In this document: in pieces, positions 45,684 through 57,760 of the stretch | Numbering within the stretch: position 1 is the stretch's first letter | Layout: every line of letters starts with the position of its first letter | Source: Cirrosporium novae-zelandiae | Taxonomy: Eukaryota | DNA length: 64,000 nt | NCBI GenBank assembly: GCA_026023565.1 | Contig: JAPETS010000027.1 | Coordinates: forward strand, 62,001-126,000 | Direction: 5' to 3' | Notes under the pieces: model-generated | The model's database searches: none | Told to the model about the DNA's origin: nothing | The model's input: the letters and a program-made list of their open reading frames with translations, nothing else | Position numbers and translations under genes: made by a program

Positions 45684-48600
45684 TTAACCACACCATTTTC
45701 TCACCGACATGAACATTTTATACCAAGGGCCATACTTGCCCCAAGTTTCTGCTTTTCCTCGAGGAATGTATGAGCCAACGCCTGCTAGGATGGTACGTTC
45801 AGGATGAGGCATCATTGCCAGAACCCTTCCATCTTGACTTCGAACACCAGTGATGCCATGAGGACTTCCGTTGGGATTATATGGATATTTTTCTGTCGGC
45901 TTAAGATGGTTGTCGACATATCTGAAGCTGACGAGGTTATCTTTCAGGACAGCCTCGGGTGATGAAGTTGTAAATTGTGCGCGGCCTTCGCCATGAGATA
46001 CAGCTATAGGGATTTTTGAGCCGTTCATGCCATCTAGAAAGACGCTAGGTTTCGAGGAATTATCAATCACCTAAATTGGTAATTAATTCCAAGTAATATA
46101 TTTTAGAGCTATGTTTACTTACCTCGACCATTGACACTCTCGCTTCAAATTGTTCCGAGGTATTACGTTCGAAAGTTGGCCAATTTTCAGCGCCAGGAAT
46201 CAGCGACTTCAACTGTGTAAGGAATTGCGCTCCGTTACCTAGGAGACAGTTAGTATTCACCATTTTCAAGCCTCCCACAGTTAGATATAAATGAAAAGAG
46301 GGTCACGAACAAACGCCCAATGAAAACGTATCCGGCCGTTCAAAAAAGTCCTAATTTAAATTAGCCTGTGAAGTATCTAGCACCGGAAAGTAGCGTACCT
46401 GGAACTCTTTTCGCACAATCTCATGGAGGGTGACGCTTTGAGCCCAACCACGGCCAGCACCCAAAACATCCCCATAACTAAAGCCTCCAACGGCTGCAAT
46501 TCCCCTAAATGCGCCCAACGACACTCGACCAGTGATGAGATCACTCATGCACACATCAACGGGAGAAAAATTCGCTTGATTGAAAGCCCAGGCCATTTCA
46601 GCCGCTCCATTGCTTCCTAGATGAATTATTAATAGGCATGTAATAAGAGAGGATGCTTATCAACTCACCCTGTTCACGCAAAATTGCCACCCGAGGTTGA
46701 TCTACAAGAAGAGATTTGAGAGAAGTGAGGAGTGGAAGTGTAGTTTCCTTGGGATCGTAGGTCAGTTTATAACTCAAACCAGGATTGCTACTATCAGAAA
46801 TGTTCTCAAACTCCTGCTCAGCACATGCTGGATTATCGCGAAGTTTCTGCATATGATACGAAGTCTGGGACCATTCCTTTTCAAGGTTCACTCGGGTCTC
46901 GCGATAGATCAGATCAATCCCGTTGTATATCGAAAGAGTTTGGTCTGGTTTAGCAGTGACTGTCCCAATCTTTTTGAGCAATCCTCTCGGTGGTCCGCAG
47001 GTAGAGAAGCAAGCAATAAATTCTGTATATCGCTTCTTTGAAATCTGGAAAACTGCACCTAGTTCTTCGCTGAAAAGCGCCTCAAGAATCTGCCGAATAT
47101 CATTGCCTATGATCAAGGCATCGAGTGATAGGTCAACAGATACACGGCCTGCAATCATCATCTCAATGACGGCGACTATCAGCCCTCCATCAGAGATATC
47201 ATGATATGCCAAAACCACATCAGATTCCATCATTTGAGCTTGAGCGTCAAAAAAGTCCCTCAACATGTCTACATCGCGGACATCTGGGCAGTCGTCCCCT
47301 ACTTGGCCAAAGACTTGTGCTAAGGCGCTAGCTCCCATGGTTCTCTTTGCTTGAGCAAGATCAACCAGGACCAAAATACTTTCCCCGACATCTTCCACGC
47401 GCTGGAGCTGAGGAGTCCAGGTCTTTCTTATGTCTGCTACGGGCGCGAATGCAGATACAACCAGAGAAAGAGGTGATGTGACTTCCTTTGCCTCTTCCCC
47501 AGATTTCCACCTCATTTTCATACTTAGACTATCCTTCCCTGTCGGAACTGCAATTCCTAGTTCCTTGCATATTTCACTTACGGCATAGACAGCTTGGTAC
47601 AATATACTTCCCTCCCCTTCATGTTGAACCGCTGCCATCCAGTTAGCAGAAAGAACAATCCTTTCAAGCTGGTCAACAACATTAGAGGCTGCGATGTTCA
47701 TCAATGATTCAGCAACTGTCATGCGCGCCGCAGCTCCAGGATTTATCAATGCCAGTAGAGGTTTCTCTCCGACTGACATCGCTAAGCCATCTTTTGACCC
47801 TGCATCAAGAGATTCTGCTGTAACAGAACAGTCCGCAACAGGTACTTGCCAAGGTCCAACCATTTGGTCACGAGCAGTCAGTCCGCCTACGGTACGATCT
47901 CCAATTGTAATTAGGAATTTCTTAGATCCAACTGAGGGTAGGCGTAGAACACGCGTCAAGGCTTCATCAAATGCTCCATTGATCGGAGCTTTGGGACGAT
48001 ATGTGCTCAAACTACTATCGAATGAAGGTAGTCGTAGCTTGCGAGTTTCGACGACTTTTGTTAGTTTCGGTGTCTTGCCAAAGAGAATATCCATGGGCAG
48101 ATCTATGGGTTTTGAGCAATCTTGAGAATTCCGGTCTGTGAGGACGAGCTCTTTTTTTTCAATTGCAGTCCCGACAACTCGAAAACCACAACGTTCTCGA
48201 TTAGCAATTAACTTGAACTTTGTAAGATCTATTTCATTTATTGCCAAGACATATCGTTCTTGGGCCTCACAACACCAAATTTGAAGAGGTGACATGCTGG
48301 TATCAGCATTATCAACTTCACGGAGCTCGAATTTTGCGCCCAGGCCGACATCTTTTGCAAGTTCAGGGAAAGCGTTGCTCAACCCACCAGCTCCAACGTC
48401 GTGAATGAATAATATTGGATTACCGGGTCCCATGTTAGTGCATGTATTGATGACCTCCTGGCATCGTCTCTGGACTTCAGCATTTCCACGCTGGACACTA
48501 GCAAAATCTAATTGAGCAGAGCCTTCACCTGAAGCAACTGACGAAGCTGCCCCTCCACCTAGACCAATTAGCATCGCTGGTCCGCCTATTGCAATGAGAA

Positions 48601-49985
48601 GCGCTCCAGGATTTACGATGTCAGGATTCTTTTTAGCGAATGCATCGCGGACAATGCCAACGCCACCCGCAATCATGATTGGTTTGTGGTAACCCCGTAT
48701 TTCGGTTTTTGAATCATCAATTGGAACTTCAGTCGTAAGGGTTCTAAAGAAACCAGTAAGAGAAGGTCGACCGAACTCGTTTGAAAAACTACTACTTCCT
48801 AGAGGTGCTTCAAGCATGATATCCAGACTGCTTGCGATGTGGTCAGGCTTGCCTACATCCAACTCCCAGGGTTGCTTGAAGTCGGGAATCAGAAGATCTG
48901 ATGTGCTAAACCCAACGATACCAGATCGGGGATGTGAGCCTCGGCCCACGGCACCTTCGTCCCGGATTTCACCACCTGAACCAGTAGCAGCACCAGGGAA
49001 TGGCGATATAGCAGTAGGATGGTTATGAGACTCTACTTTAGCGAGGAAATGAATGTTTTCTTTTAAAGATGCATAGGCCCCGGTAGACCAGTCGGGCTGA
49101 AAGGAAGTGGCAATATGTCCCTCCATCACAGCAGCATTGTCACTATAAGCACTGACCAGATGCTTCGGGCTTTTCTTGGAGGTCATTTTGATCATCTCGA
49201 ATAACGTATGCGGCTTATTTTCCCCATCAATTACCCATTGAGCACCAAAGTGTTTATGTCTGCAATGCTCTGAATTAATCTGTGAGAACATGAACAGCTC
49301 CACGTCTGTCAATCCTCTTTCCAGAACTCTGCAGGCATCCACCAGGTATTCAATTTCTGACTCATCCAGTGCTAGGCCAAGAGTTTTATTTGCTTCCAGT
49401 ATCGACTCTTTTGAAGTACCCATGGTAACGGCACGACCTGGCTCTCCCTTTGAAAATACAAGGGATAAATCAGGAGGGGTTGCCGTTATGGTCTCAGTCA
49501 TACGGTCATGAAGCATGTCCAGAACTTTTGGGTCATCCATATTGGATGGTGGGTTTGTAACTCTGACAATCCTTCCTCGTTCTATTCGTTTGACTTGATT
49601 ATGGAAACCGACAACATGAGCGATACCAGTTGCTTGAGAGCTCCATGGTGAAATTGTCCCTGTTCGGGGTGTCACGTAGAATGTTCGGACTTGGCCATTT
49701 TCTACCCTATATAATTATATAGAATCAGCTCACCGCAGGAGTTAATTGCATCGAAAATTTGTAGACAAACCCTTCGACTTCTCCTGTAAGACCTGGGGAT
49801 CTTTCTCCATAGTCTAGGAGATTGCTGAGTGTAGCGCGATCCTTATCATTGAATTCACGAAGCAGATCAACATAATGAAGATATTGTCCCTCAACATCTG
49901 TTGCGCCAATTCGGTTTGCTAGGTTCCTGCGCCTGAAATCAGAATACGCGACGGATCCGGGTAATGTTAAGCGGGTGCCCTCCAT
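45684..49985 (-). CDS. ADE6: Phosphoribosylformylglycinamidine synthase (large PurL type)
   Basis: [62 protein letters not shown] and MMPHPER. 5 GT-AG introns traced. Confidence 0.97.
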
Positions 49986-50818
49986 GATAGTGTGAGACGA
50001 TGGTGAAAAGTAAGATATGATATCTTTTTAGGGGAATTGTTTCAGGAAGTTTTCATGACGGAGAAGAGTTTGCTGGGCCTGTGATTAGCAAGCTACAACG
50101 GTATAAGAAAGTTGCGATTGAAATCCTCCAAAAAGAAATCACCGCGAAGGTTTTTTTCGCTGGGCGTGGTGGGGTTGGCTCGGCGGGGTCGGATTGACTT
50201 TTAACTTTGAGAGCTAAGATAATCTTATCAGACCCTACATGGACTTTAGATATCTAATATCTAGGAGGGATTGACCATGGTTGTTTTGTGAGGGGAAGTC
50301 CTATGAATGAATTATGAATTGTGGGATGCTGGCTTAGGTGAAGCCTCGTAAGCCTCAGGCAAACTTAGCTCGATGTCCACCGAATTACGTGAGGGGCACG
50401 GACCTCTTCAGGTCTATATCCTGGAGTGGAGGTCTTGTAACTGTCATATTTTTGTTGGTGAATAAAACTTCTCTTGATAAATGACTATTTTTATTAAATT
50501 GGGCATATAATCTCCCGGGCACTGGCTCAGTTACATCTGTACTGATAAAGGCACAATTCCCAATCCCATTTTCATGTTCACAACACACCTCAGCTAACTG
50601 GTTTGGCTACGGCGTTGATACCCTCCTGAGGACGATAACATGCGACACTAATTGCAGTACTACATGTCGACACCAATGGCATACCGCAGTGATATCTCCC
50701 TAGGCCAAGAGCTATCCTACCAAGAAGAATTACAGTTCCGAGTACCGTCACGAAGAGAATTGGTATAGGTGAATTGCCACAAGTAACAATCCTCTCCAAA
50801 GAAGGAGTTCTAGTTCCG

Positions 50819-51214
50819 CTAGGGGCCTAAGCTTCTTGGTATGCTGTAATGAGGATGGTGTGGATGCTCATCAATACTGAGTAGTGAAGCTAGTAGAATA
50901 AAAGCCAAGGAGAAATGGAGTACCTCTACATTACACACGACGGGTTGAACTTTGAGAAATCGATGTTTCCAGCCTTCGGTGAATACCGCAGGTAGCTGTG
51001 TGGGGGAGAATGGGAAGAAGCGGTCCGAGGACTGGAAATGGTCGAAATCAACAAGTTGGTCTGGCACACGCAGGACAATGTAGAGGCGAGGGGCAACGCT
51101 GTACTTGGTCAAAGTCTCGGTAGCTGGGAGTCGTATTCTGATCTGCTCGACATCTTCGTCGGTATAACTGGGCCTCGGAGGTTGAAAGTAAGAATTTAGA
51201 CTATCTAGTGCCAT
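50819..51214 (-). pseudogene. Truncated fragment resembling the N-terminal domain of fungal accessory Ser/Thr kinases
   Basis: PRLYIVLR..DHF..SDRFFPF...LP...HRFLKVQ pattern. No kinase motifs follow, and downstream frames contain stops. Confidence 0.4.
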
Positions 51215-51289
51215 CTGATCTAATCAGCTAGTCTTCCTTGATTCCTTCTGAATGCTCTTTTCTCTTAACAAAGATGCCTTAATACACCT

Positions 51290-51760
51290 TGATCGGCGGC
51301 ACCCCAGCAATTGTCAGTGTGATATCAATATCATCCTCACCGCACTCAGAAAGACCTTAGTCGAATATGGAATGCTGGCCACTAAACATGGATACCCGGA
51401 TTCAGAGAAAGAACTTCCCCGCCGAGGACACCGCGACCCAAAGCAGGACCTTGAGCTTCCATAAACACTTAAAGCTCAAGGTGATGGAGCTGAAAAGAAA
51501 AGTGTTTGATTGGACATTAATCAGCAAAGACAAGATAAAGCAAATCTTAGCCAGTGGACTGATGGATTACGGCAAACAATGTCACTGATGCTTTTAACTC
51601 TAGCAGCTTATGGTTGAGTTTGTAGAGAGCAAGACAGCAAGGGATATGAGGCTCCAAGAGGTAGCAAAACGTCAGATTTTAGTTCAAAGCAAGCCACCGG
51701 AATCTTTTCGTAATCCCGGTGGTCGCATTTTAGAAAAGCCCGACGCCAACCATTAACGGC
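51290..51760 (+). pseudogene. Frameshifted HeLo/HET-s N-terminal-like domain relic
   Basis: Pieces in changing frames: ILTALRKTLVEYGMLATKH / LKRKVFDWTLISKDKIKQIL / QWTDGLRQTMSLMLL / RLQEVAKRQILVQSKPPESF. At least 3 frameshifts. Confidence 0.45.
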
Positions 51761-52113
51761 CGAGGAAGGGTCGCACAATTAATTAATGAATAAATCTAGA
51801 CATATATACCTAAATCAATTGGCATCCGCGGATCATAACCGAAGAATGAGTATTTCGGTCATAGCTAGGGCACAGTAAATGTAAAGGAAAAAAAAAGCAT
51901 CGACTTCTAGAGGTTCATCATAATGCACATCACTTTACGTCCTCCTATTTCTAACATTCAATTTTTAGATCGAATATCACTGTAGCAAGTTAAAATGGAC
52001 ATTTCGGCTCATATCTACAGCTCCCTCTCTATCCAAACTTCCCACAATCTAATCCTGATCAAGCAGGCACCAACTCTGAAGAAGAAAAAAAAAAAAAAAA
52101 ACTCTGGTATATC

Positions 52114-54095
52114 CTAACTCCTTCCTGGTTTCATAGGAACCCATGTTCCGTTTATCTCCCAAACACCTGCTTTCGTAAATGGTCCTGCTCCGTTACCCTT
52201 GATATATGCAAACCTGAGATACTCCTTTTCGGCATCATTCATTCTCGTGTGTGTCCAGCCATCCCCGAAAAATGCATCTTGGTCGATACTCTCTTGAACA
52301 AAGCCCCTCCATCTCTCCACGTCGTTGACCAATACGCTGACGCCATCATATGGCCATGGCGGAAGAGGCCATTTCAGCGCAATTGATTGTGTAGTTGCAA
52401 TTACAGTAGTGATATTGGGGAGTGGAGCATGTTCCCAATCAGCCTGATCGCCCAACAAGGCCCATGTAGTCTCTAACATGGAAGCAAAGCCCCACCGTGC
52501 AATGCCATTAATCAAGAGACCGACTAATAAACCTTGGTACAGGAGTGATAGTCGAGTTTGAATTGAGGTGCCCGGGAGAAGGAGCAGAGCCAGAATATAG
52601 TGATGAATGCGAAGATTCAAGCGAGGAAGCATGATTCCGATGACAAGAGTAAGAACAAAAAGGCCATAAAGGAGAAGATAGCGTGGGAGGCGCCCTTCAA
52701 GACGAAGGTGGTATATCTGACCACATGCAATAGCAGTGATGAGCACAACAATAATTATCAGGGTAAGGTAAGCGCCCGGTTGCGCAGCCAGGTCGTGGGG
52801 AGTTAGTCGCTGAATCGGCAGGAAGTCAAAGGTATAATTGCTTAATGCGCCAACCCAAGCACCACCGAGCCAGAAAATCGTCTTCTCGAATTGTGCAGTC
52901 AAGCCTTTAAGAGAACGACGAACACAGTAACGATAGATAACATAACCCACAAATGCGGCAGGAAGAAACCGGCCAAGGATGAGGGAGAAGAGAGATGTGA
53001 GGTCTGGGTAGTTTGGAGGGTCGGATACTAATCCAACATGGAAAAATAACATAACAAATATGGAACAGAAAAATACTGACGGGGACGTGGTGAAAAGGGA
53101 AAGGATGGTGGTATATGTAACAGTGACTGCTAGGAGAGGCCACCGAAGATCTTTCGAGCAGGTTGCTTTCACACCTGATTTGAACCGAAAAGACTTGGGA
53201 AAGTCCGAGTCGAAGGATGTACTTTTAATGCCATGGCTTTGACTACCGGGAAATTGAGAGTGATGTCCAGCTAATTCAACAACGCCACAGCCGCCTTTTT
53301 CATTGGTGATGACACCTGCATGAATAGCAGCTTGACATATAAAAGAATCGCCTCGATATATTGCGTTGTTTGCATCGCCGTTAGGTGGTAAACCGCCTAT
53401 AACAAGAGGCGAGTAAACGACTTCTTGGTTTCCAACTGCATGGGGTGATAGGACTTTTAAGCTGTTACATTCAGCAGAGCAGCGGAAGGCAAATGTCGCA
53501 TTATCAAATGGACGACAGCCATTACCATTCAGCCCGCATTCGTTGCCATTAGACCTATGATAAATGAGTATATTTTTGCATATAAAATCATGATATCAGG
53601 TCCATACCAATAACTGGCTCCACACCAGATAGATGTTGGCTTGCCATAACCTTCAATATCTCCCGCGGATGTAGATGCATGCAATATCAGACCCCAAGTT
53701 AACAGCCAGCTAACATAGAACGCCAAAAGAAGTACTATTTTATACTTCCGCTTTGGCAAATATCTATCCATTAATCGAATGGGCGCTTCCTGTATTCCTG
53801 GAAAGCAAGGTTTGATGGAAAGAGTTTGGTGTGGATCCGGACCTGCCACCCAGTCGACAACATATTGGGCTGCATTCCTCAGCTTCTTTGGCATCCATTT
53901 TAATTTGACGGTTTCTGAAGCTTCTCTCATCCATACCGGCAACGGAAGATGACGGTCTGGTTGCTCTTCGGAGGCAGATCGGTAATGGAGAAGATGGCTT
54001 TGTGCGTCGGGATTATCATCACCTTCTGAATCGGTCGAAGCCGTTCGGTCCTCATATTCCTCATCGTTTTCTTCAATATCAGTTTTCGGCGGCAT
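52114..54095 (-). CDS. LCCL-domain multi-pass membrane protein
   Basis: CGLNGNGCRPF..FAFRC, YRGDSFICQAAIHAG (LCCL), RLNLRIHHYILALLLLPG, QGLLVGLLINGIARWGF and VLVNDVER. Intron 53555-53607. Confidence 0.9.
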
Positions 54096-54742
54096 TTTTC
54101 CTTTTTATTTATGTACATGTGTTAGGTACAAGCTACATCATTTGTCAGCTTCGTTCTTGTTGCAAATTGTAGGCCTTATCGGAGTGGACTTACAGAAATA
54201 TATGGCATGGCGCAAGGTAGCAATAATGCTCTCTCGAGCACGGAATAATGAGCTATAGAAACATGAAGAGTAGCAAGTAAAGAATAGGTAAGTGGGTAGT
54301 GGTACAGATGGGGAGGAACACAGATCCTATCCCGCCCTCCTGTATCGCATAACTAACTTGTACTATCAACGCCATCCCAAATGCCAACATATCTCCGGAT
54401 ATCGGCTTCAGACCATCCCGATTACCGAGACGAGGCAAGACCGAAACTAGACAGCAGCCCGCCATACTCCATAGGGACTTATGTGCAAAATCCTACAAAC
54501 TATAATTCCATACTTGGTAACTTGAATAATACCGAAATCGATACTTGGCTTTATTGTAATGTACGAATAACCTCATATATACCGCACTGCAGTACATACC
54601 CTACTGAGTATCTGAAGCCACAAGCGCCCGAAAGAACAAGAAGAACCATCAGCACTTTTCTTTTACAACCCATTCCATGGAGCCCCGTAGCCTCCCTTTC
54701 CAACTACCAACGCCATGTCAAAAGATATGCCGACCAGGGTCA

Positions 54743-56568
54743 TCAGAGGCGACCTCCATGGTGACGGAGTCGATGCCGATGCCGAACTGGGACAACCACC
54801 TCCACCGTTGTATACACGTCTTCCTCGACCACAACCAGGTCCACCTCTACTCCAGCAGATGTGTAAGTGGTGGTACCAATGACCTCCAGAGTACCCGACG
54901 TTTCCACGGGTGCTGAAGTTATAGTAGAACTTGCCACAACTTTTGCGTTGACCGATAACACCGTTGTTGTGGGAACTACTGGAGCAAGTTCATCGGTAGT
55001 AGATGTACCTGCAGGAGAAACAGATAACACCGGGACCGTAGCTGAAGTAGCCGATGCTACAGCGGCATTTGAGGTGGTATAGTATGAGACTGTTGCAGTT
55101 TCAACAGATGTTGAAGAGCTGAATGTGACAGATCCAGAGGAGGAGCCTTCGGTTGCATATGCAGGACCCTCTTGAATCTGAACATTGCCCGGTAAACTAG
55201 TCATTGTGCCCGTAGTTACGTCTTCTTTACATAGCTGTGGGATGTCCATATGGCATGAGCGGTCGGTATCCTCGGTCTGGACGTCGAAAACTGGACAATC
55301 TGATTGTTCACCACTTGAATCCCCTGCGTTACATTGCTCAATGGCAGCCGTAAGCACGCCACTTTCCCATGCCGCAATAAAGTCACCGTGATATCCATAG
55401 CCTATATTGTTGCTGTTAGCATGGTGTATTTTATGGAACTAGCAATATCAAAAACGTACCAGTTGGATCACCGTTTGATAGTACGAAACGTCCATCCATT
55501 CCTTCATAATTTTCTGTGTCCCAGATAGTTTCATAGAACAAGCCTGGAAGTTGAACTGGATAACCATCTGGGCATGTTCCGGAATCTAAAAGGTTCGGAT
55601 AAGCCACGTGGGACTTATGATCATCGGAATCCAGATCAACTCCGTTCCAGCAAGAGGGAAACATGAGCTCAAGGCGAAGACCACTCGGGCAATTGGCATC
55701 GAGGAACTCTTTGCTGGGCATAAAATGTCTATAAAGAGATGCCTCGGTTTTTGATGGGTCAAGGTAATTCAAGCAGTTAAACCCCAGAGCCTTCTGTCCA
55801 AGAGACTTTTGTGTTTCTTGCTTAGGATAGAGAACCCAGTCTGTTTTGGGAGGATCCGGAATTGGAAGGGTAAAATTCCTCTGAAAATTATCACCGGCAA
55901 TCATCCGAAAGTTTTGAGGAAATGCTGTAATGTTCGAATTGACCATTTTATAGTAACTATCCTCTATTGTCAGCTACCTGTACGAATTTCACCGACCGAG
56001 AACAGAATTGCACAACTAATCGCAGAAATCCTTAGATAAGGTTTCCTTTGAAGGCATTGTAATTGGCGTCTCACGAAATAGGCAAAGCATGACTAGATAA
56101 GATGAGGGCTTAGGACTTACGCTAGCATCCCACCATTCTGATTTACCAATTCAAAGGTGTTGTTCACATAGCTTTCGAAGTACAATGTCGGGACCCAATA
56201 TGCGCTCTTGTCTTGAGTGACTCCACAGCTAGTACAATTAGATCGCAGTAGACTAGTAGCATCTGCGGAAAGGCCGAAATCTGTTGTCAAAACTTAGTAA
56301 ATGTCCAAAACAAAGCTTATTAAACAAAACAGGATGGTTGCAAATCTTCCATAAGGTAATAAGGAGAAGCGGGTTATGAAAGAAATCAGATCGACTTACT
56401 TGATCCACCGTGAATTGCGTGAGCATGGCTGCTGAGCACTCCTGGACTCATGATTGGATCCATTCTTTCGACACCCAGACGGCCCCTGCACTCAAGTCGC
56501 CAGAAAGCATCACTACCTGGTGCGAAGCTGAGGATTGCAACGGTCAGCACAGTAAAGAACGACTTCAT
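54743..56568 (-). CDS. Secreted DUF1996-domain protein with Ser/Thr-rich tail and Arg/His-rich C-terminus
   Basis: Signal peptide then FWRLEC; RMDPIMSPG..SHAHAIHG, CTSC..QDKSAYW, FRMIAG, FPSCWNG, DHKSHVAYP, NGDPTG and YHGDF. 3 introns. An alternative in-frame ATG lies at 56670. Confidence 0.9.
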
Positions 56569-57725
56569 GTTAACGTCCATCGGGTTCAGTCCCAAAGCTT
56601 CACCATTCTGTGCTAAGTTAAGGAGCACAACCGTTAGCAATAAGAGGAGGATGCCGGTGTTAAACTTCATTTTGTCAGCTTGTTGTCTGATGAGTTCTAT
56701 GAAGTTTTTGAGTGTAAGAATGAGTGGAGGATAGTATTCAGTAGCGACTGATAGAATATCAGCTCTAAAGATTGAAGGGCTTCTAAACTAATAAAAAAAT
56801 ATTGTGTGAGATGAGTGTGAGGTGGAGTAGAGGATGGAAGTTGTCCTTGGGAGAAGTCTTGTCGTAAAGGAAGTGTTGTGTTGTGTGTTCAACTTGAGAA
56901 CTGAAGAGCTGAAGAGCTGAAGAGCTGAAGAGCTAGCTGTGGTTTGAAGCTTGCTTCAGTAGGCTTCCCCTTGGATTTTTTAAATACAATGCCTGAACGA
57001 ATATTCCTTCCCTTTATTTTCTTGTTGGGGCAAAGATATACCGGGTTGAAAAATAGGCTTTCGAGTGTCCAGCTCAGGATCAATGGCGGATCAAAACAAA
57101 TAAAGATCGTGTATTCCTTTCCCGAGGAATATCTGTCGAGGGGACTCGGCCTCTCAACCTGAAATGAATGGTATGATGTCTTTGATCTGATGGCCGTTGA
57201 TGTAAGAAAAGAATGACAATTGACCGAAACTATCACCAGCACAGATGGCAATAGATTCGAGACAATGGAAAAAGATGAAGAAGAGAGGGGAGGAGTGGGG
57301 TTAAAAGGAGCGAATTGAGGATAAGATAGAAAAGAGGAATGGAACAAGTTGGGGGGGGGGGGGGGGTTCAGATGATGGATGATAAAAAAGGTTTATAGGC
57401 TAGGAGGCGGTTACCTTGTGTGAATGCAGGAATGCCATTGCTCAATTCAAGGGATACATTAGGTTCCCCCCTGCAAAATTGGGATTAAACTTAAGTTTCT
57501 GACCTTTCTCTTCAGGTACGTCCCTACTGTACCTTATCTACCGAAACAGGGAGCTCTAGAAATCAGGGACCTTGGTTAGCACAAGTTTAGTAGATGGTAC
57601 TCGAGTAGATGGTAAAGATGATCCATCTAACGACAACTACCTACTGTGCTCATTCACCCATTCACAATTCACTACACACCACATACTCAGTACAGGCAGC
57701 GGTCTCCTCAGGATTCCAACAAAAA

Positions 57726-57727
<2 letters not shown>

Positions 57728-57760
<33 letters not shown>
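57728..57760. repeat. (CAT)11 microsatellite
   Basis: Seen directly. Confidence 0.9.
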
